Of a stretch of 41,501 nucleotides of DNA, positions 39,101-41,501 are shown piece by piece; the stretch's first letter is position 1, and the number at the start of each line of letters is the position of its first letter. The position numbers and the translations under genes were made by a program. This DNA is from an uncultured Anaerolineales bacterium. Its GTDB lineage: Bacteria > Chloroflexota > Anaerolineae > UBA3071. Under the pieces are notes generated by a model. It did no database searches and was not told the DNA's origin. It saw only the letters and a list, made by a program, of their open reading frames with translations. Where the stretch lies: contig CBDURC010000002.1 of assembly GCA_965369635.1 (NCBI GenBank), positions 1 to 41,501 on the forward strand, written 5' to 3'.

Positions 39101-40267
39101 CTATCCGTGTCCCCAATTGCTGGAGCTCCTTTCTCCACGAGACGAACAGACGCAGGACAGAAGATGCCGACGGGTCAATTCCCGCACCAGGTAGGCAGCA
39201 GCCAGCCCGGCGACGAAGCCCACGGCCATGTTGGTGACTGCCGCGACGGCAGCGGTGACCAGGGCCAGCCACAGCTTCCACCCTCGCAGCTTCACCACCA
39301 CCTTGCCCAGCTCGATCCCCGCCAACAGCATCATCCCGCCCACCAAGGGCATGGGAAAGACGGCCAGCAGGTTGCCCACCGACTTGCTCAGAAACAGCCC
39401 CAGACAGACCTCGATCAACCCCTCTAGGATGCTGGTGCCGCCTGTGCGGGCGCCGAAGTAGTACTGCCCGGCCAGCCCCCCGGCACCGTGGCACATGGGC
39501 ATCCCGCCGAAGAAGGAGGCGATCACGTTCATCACCCCCATGTTGAGCATCAGCTTGCGCTCGCTGACCGCCTTATCGGGGAAGTAGTCGCGGATGAGCG
39601 CTGCCGTGGCGATGACGGCGTTGGTGATGGAAAGGGGGATCTGAGCGAAGCCGGCCAGCAGCATGGCCTGCCAGACGTCCCCCAGGCGGGGCAGCGTCAG
39701 CGGCGGCACGGTGACCGCCAGCTCCAGCGCGCCCCGCAGCTCCCCCCGCCAGGCGATGATCCCCACCCCCAGAGCCATAAGCACAATGGCCGCCGGAGCG
39801 TAACGGTTCTTCCGCAGGGTGAGCACGATGATGACGGCCAACAGCCCTAGCAGCGGCGCTGGCTGCATCATCTTGAGCCCCTGCCAGGCGAGCATTACAC
39901 CCAGCGCCAGTTGGATGCCCCGCGCCACAAACAGCGGTGTGACGGCGATGATCCTGCGCAGGAGGCCGGTGAAGACGAGAATGAACCAGGTGATGCCCAG
40001 CCCCAGGCCTGAAGCGTAGATCAAGGATGGTGGCCATTCCTGAGCGATGGCCGCCACGGCCACCACCTTCTTGGGCTGCAAAGGCATCGGCAGGCGGTAG
40101 ATGAGCCCGATGGCGATGTTGGTCAGGCCCATCATGATGAACAGCCCCGCCGGGTCCAGGCCATTGATGGCGATGAAGCCTATGACCAGGGGGAACAGGG
40201 TGCCGAAATCGCCCATGGAGCCGGCCAGTTCTCGCAGGTTGAACTCGAAGTCCTTGTGCTTACTCAT
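39101..40267 (-). CDS. Putative sulfate/molybdate transporter (MOT1-like, MFS_MOT1 family)
   Basis: 388 aa. N-terminus FNLRELAGSMGDFGTLFPLVIGFIAINGLDPAG...LPMPLQPKKVVAVAAI matches the family signature. Confidence 0.7.
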   Translation of the reverse strand: MSKHKDFEFNLRELAGSMGDFGTLFPLVIGFIAINGLDPAGLFIMMGLTNIAIGLIYRLPMPLQPKKVVAVAAIAQEWPPSLIYASGLGLGITWFILVFTGLLRRIIAVTPLFVARGIQLALGVMLAWQGLKMMQPAPLLGLLAVIIVLTLRKNRYAPAAIVLMALGVGIIAWRGELRGALELAVTVPPLTLPRLGDVWQAMLLAGFAQIPLSITNAVIATAALIRDYFPDKAVSERKLMLNMGVMNVIASFFGGMPMCHGAGGLAGQYYFGARTGGTSILEGLIEVCLGLFLSKSVGNLLAVFPMPLVGGMMLLAGIELGKVVVKLRGWKLWLALVTAAVAAVTNMAVGFVAGLAAAYLVRELTRRHLLSCVCSSRGERSSSNWGHG

Positions 40268-40332
40268 CTCAGCAAGTCGTCAGCAAATATGATGTCTCGT
40301 CACGTTTCGCGTTCTCGCGGCCAGTTCTGGTT

Positions 40333-40575
40333 TCACGGAGCATGTTTCCACGCCGCCAACATGCCGCGGATGATGGCGTCTACGGCCCCTTCCTCGTCCA
40401 GCCCGTGAGCCATCAGCGTCTCCAGTTCCTTCTTGTTCACCGTGCCGATGGCCGTCTCGTGCGTGACGTGCGCCCGCTCGTTTCGCACCCGCACCACGGG
40501 GATTGCGCTGGCCACGGCCTGATCGCGCATGATCTCGTTGCAATCCACATGGCCGCTGGCGTAAGGGGCATTCCC
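40333..40575 (-). pseudogene. C-terminal ~80-aa remnant of a SufB/SufD family gene
   Basis: The frame reads ALGNAPYASGHVDCNEIMRDQAVASAIPVVRVRNERAHVTHETAIGTVNKKELETLMAHGLDEEGAVDAIIRGML, the conserved SufB/D C-terminal block ending in HEA.IG....QL.YL..RGL.E.EA. The ~300+ aa normally preceding it are absent. Confidence 0.55.
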
Positions 40576-41306
40576 CAGCGCTCATAAGCTCCCACCTCCT
40601 CCACCATCTCCGCTATCGGGCAGGGCCGGCAGCGCCGGGCGTAGTGGCGGCGCACCTCCTCCGGGTCGCCGACGCGCATGATCTCCCCTTCGCACATCAG
40701 CGCCGCAACGTCGGTCACCGGCACCATCTCATCGCGGTGAGTGATCAACAGCACGGTGGTCCCCTCGCTGGCCATGCGCCGGATGAGTCGGCCGATGTCG
40801 TCGAGGGATAGGACGTCAATCCCCGAGTCCGGCTCATCTGGGATGGCCAGTTTCGGCTGCATGGTGTAGACGGCGGCCAGTTCGACGCGCTTGCGCTCGC
40901 CGCCGGAGAGGGTCTCATCTGCCGGGCGGCTCAGGTACGCGGAGGGCGAAAGGGCCATCGCCTCCAATGCCTCCTACATTTGTTCCCAGGAGGGTTCCTG
41001 CATCCCCAGGGCCAGGTAGTCCTGTACCTTGAGCCCTTCGAATCGAGCTGGCTCCTGCCAGGCTAAGGTCAGTCCCAGCCGGGCTCGCTTGGTGATGGGC
41101 AAAGGGGCAATGTCCTGACCGGCGAAGAGGATGCGCCCCCGCTGCGGCGCATAGCCGGCGCAGCCCATGAGCGTGTAGGCCAGGCTGGACTTGCCGGAGC
41201 CATTGCGGCCGATGAGCCCAAACACCTGCTTCGGGGCGAGGGCCAGATGCAGGCGGCGCGGAATCTAGAGTCCCTCCCTTTGCAGGTATAGATCTTCGAT
41301 CTGCAT
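40437..41306 (-). pseudogene. SufC-like ABC ATPase gene interrupted by two in-frame TAG codons
   Basis: A single frame from ATG 41306 reads MQIEDLYLQREGL*IPRRLHLALAPKQVFGLIGRNGSGKSSLAYTLMG...SWEQM*EALEAMALSPSAYLSR..LSGGERKRVELAA...IPDEPDSGIDV...LLITHR. The TAGs are at 41265-41267 and 40974-40976. Confidence 0.6.
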
Positions 41307-41320
41307 AAGGTAACCGCTTC

Positions 41321-41500
41321 TCATGTTTGCTCACCTCCACGGCGCTGGCACTTGGGACATGGGCAATGGGGGAGCGGACAGACTGACGACCGGCTGTCAT
41401 CGTGCGCTTCCCCTCGCGCCAGCGCCAGCAGTGCTGGCACTCGCTCGTCCGCCGAGCGGTAGAAAACGTAGAGTCCCTCTTGGCGATCGCTCACCAGCCC
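41321..41500 (-). CDS. ArsR/SmtB-family transcriptional regulator, C-terminal part (5' end outside window) with a Cys-rich tail
   Basis: The minus frame reads GLVSDRQEGLYVFYRSADERVPALLALARG (the wing, R.G..V.Y.L.d..v..ll) followed by SSVCPLPHCPCPKCQRRGGEQT and a stop at 41321-41323. Confidence 0.55.
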   Translation of the reverse strand, partial: GLVSDRQEGLYVFYRSADERVPALLALARGEAHDDSRSSVCPLPHCPCPKCQRRGGEQT

Positions 41501-41501
41501 T

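Noticed and set aside
39048-39114. Imperfect inverted repeat (ggggcacggat ... atccgtgtcccc) spanning the MOT1 stop codon and the permease leader, possibly a terminator or riboswitch.
   Set aside because: The stem needs a bulge, the loop is ~44 nt with only weak sub-structure, and no U-tract follows on the transcribed strand. There is not enough evidence to call a terminator or a structured RNA.
40974-41267. The two in-frame TAG codons in the SufC-like gene as pyrrolysine or stop-codon reassignment.
   Set aside because: TAG is used as an ordinary terminator by several well-supported genes in this window (livG at 1061; the genes ending at 9721, 16504, 32181, 34373; MOT1 at 39101). No pyl genes are visible, and the adjacent SufB/D gene is also destroyed. 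Pseudogenisation or sequence error is the simpler explanation.
1-41501. Searches for CRISPR arrays, rRNA, intact IS elements, prophage structural genes, and diversity-generating retroelements (TR/VR pairs plus reverse transcriptase).
   Set aside because: No regularly spaced direct repeats were seen. No RT-like motif (YxDD) was noticed in an ORF, though I did not scan systematically. The only nucleotide repeats seen are the PT-linker microrepeats and the 141-nt duplication in 7185-7994. By-eye scanning cannot exclude short or diverged repeats.

Overview
This is a high-GC bacterial window. The gene architectures (zinc-ribbon/TM/ectodomain proteins, Pro/Thr linkers) suggest a Chloroflexota-type genome, but that is inference only.

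Layout:
1. 285-5021 (-): a complete livJ-livH-livM-livG-livF branched-chain amino acid ABC importer operon with its own near-consensus promoter.
2. 5.3-6.9 kb: a decay belt holding an internally deleted DDE transposase and a frameshifted DJ-1/PfpI gene.
3. 7185-34373 (+): an uninterrupted, co-directional 27-kb supercluster of 18-19 intact genes, launched from a perfect TTGACA-17-TATAAT promoter.
   - 13 of these genes carry the same short ribbon, CxxC-x(8-11)-[RK]FCxxCG.
   - The ribbon always sits on the predicted cytoplasmic side of a single TM helix.
   - It is fused to unrelated ectodomains: PD40/TolB-like propeller, BNR/Sortilin-like propellers, beta-helix, SH3b, and unknown folds.
   - Embedded genes: a ribbon-membrane protein translationally coupled to an 897-aa HerA/FtsK-superfamily ATPase; a soluble four-ribbon coiled-coil protein; a ribbon-FHA-ABC(G-type) exporter fusion; a PD40 plus C39-like cysteine peptidase; a phosphodiester glycosidase; and a GHH-type HNH nuclease toxin with a YbjN-like putative immunity gene.
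4. 34.4-35.4 kb: TnpB and large serine recombinase remnants abutting tRNA-Glu(UUC). This is an island-like right boundary.
5. 35.5-41.5 kb: nifS/iscS-type cysteine desulfurase, two MTH895-like thioredoxin-fold proteins, an ArsP/UPF0718 permease, a MOT1-like sulfate/molybdate transporter, a decayed sufC/sufBD pair (two in-frame TAGs plus a deletion), and a partial ArsR regulator.

The main candidate for a new system is the zinc-ribbon-tagged envelope protein cluster with its dedicated P-loop motor and FHA-ABC exporter. No function can be assigned from sequence alone.
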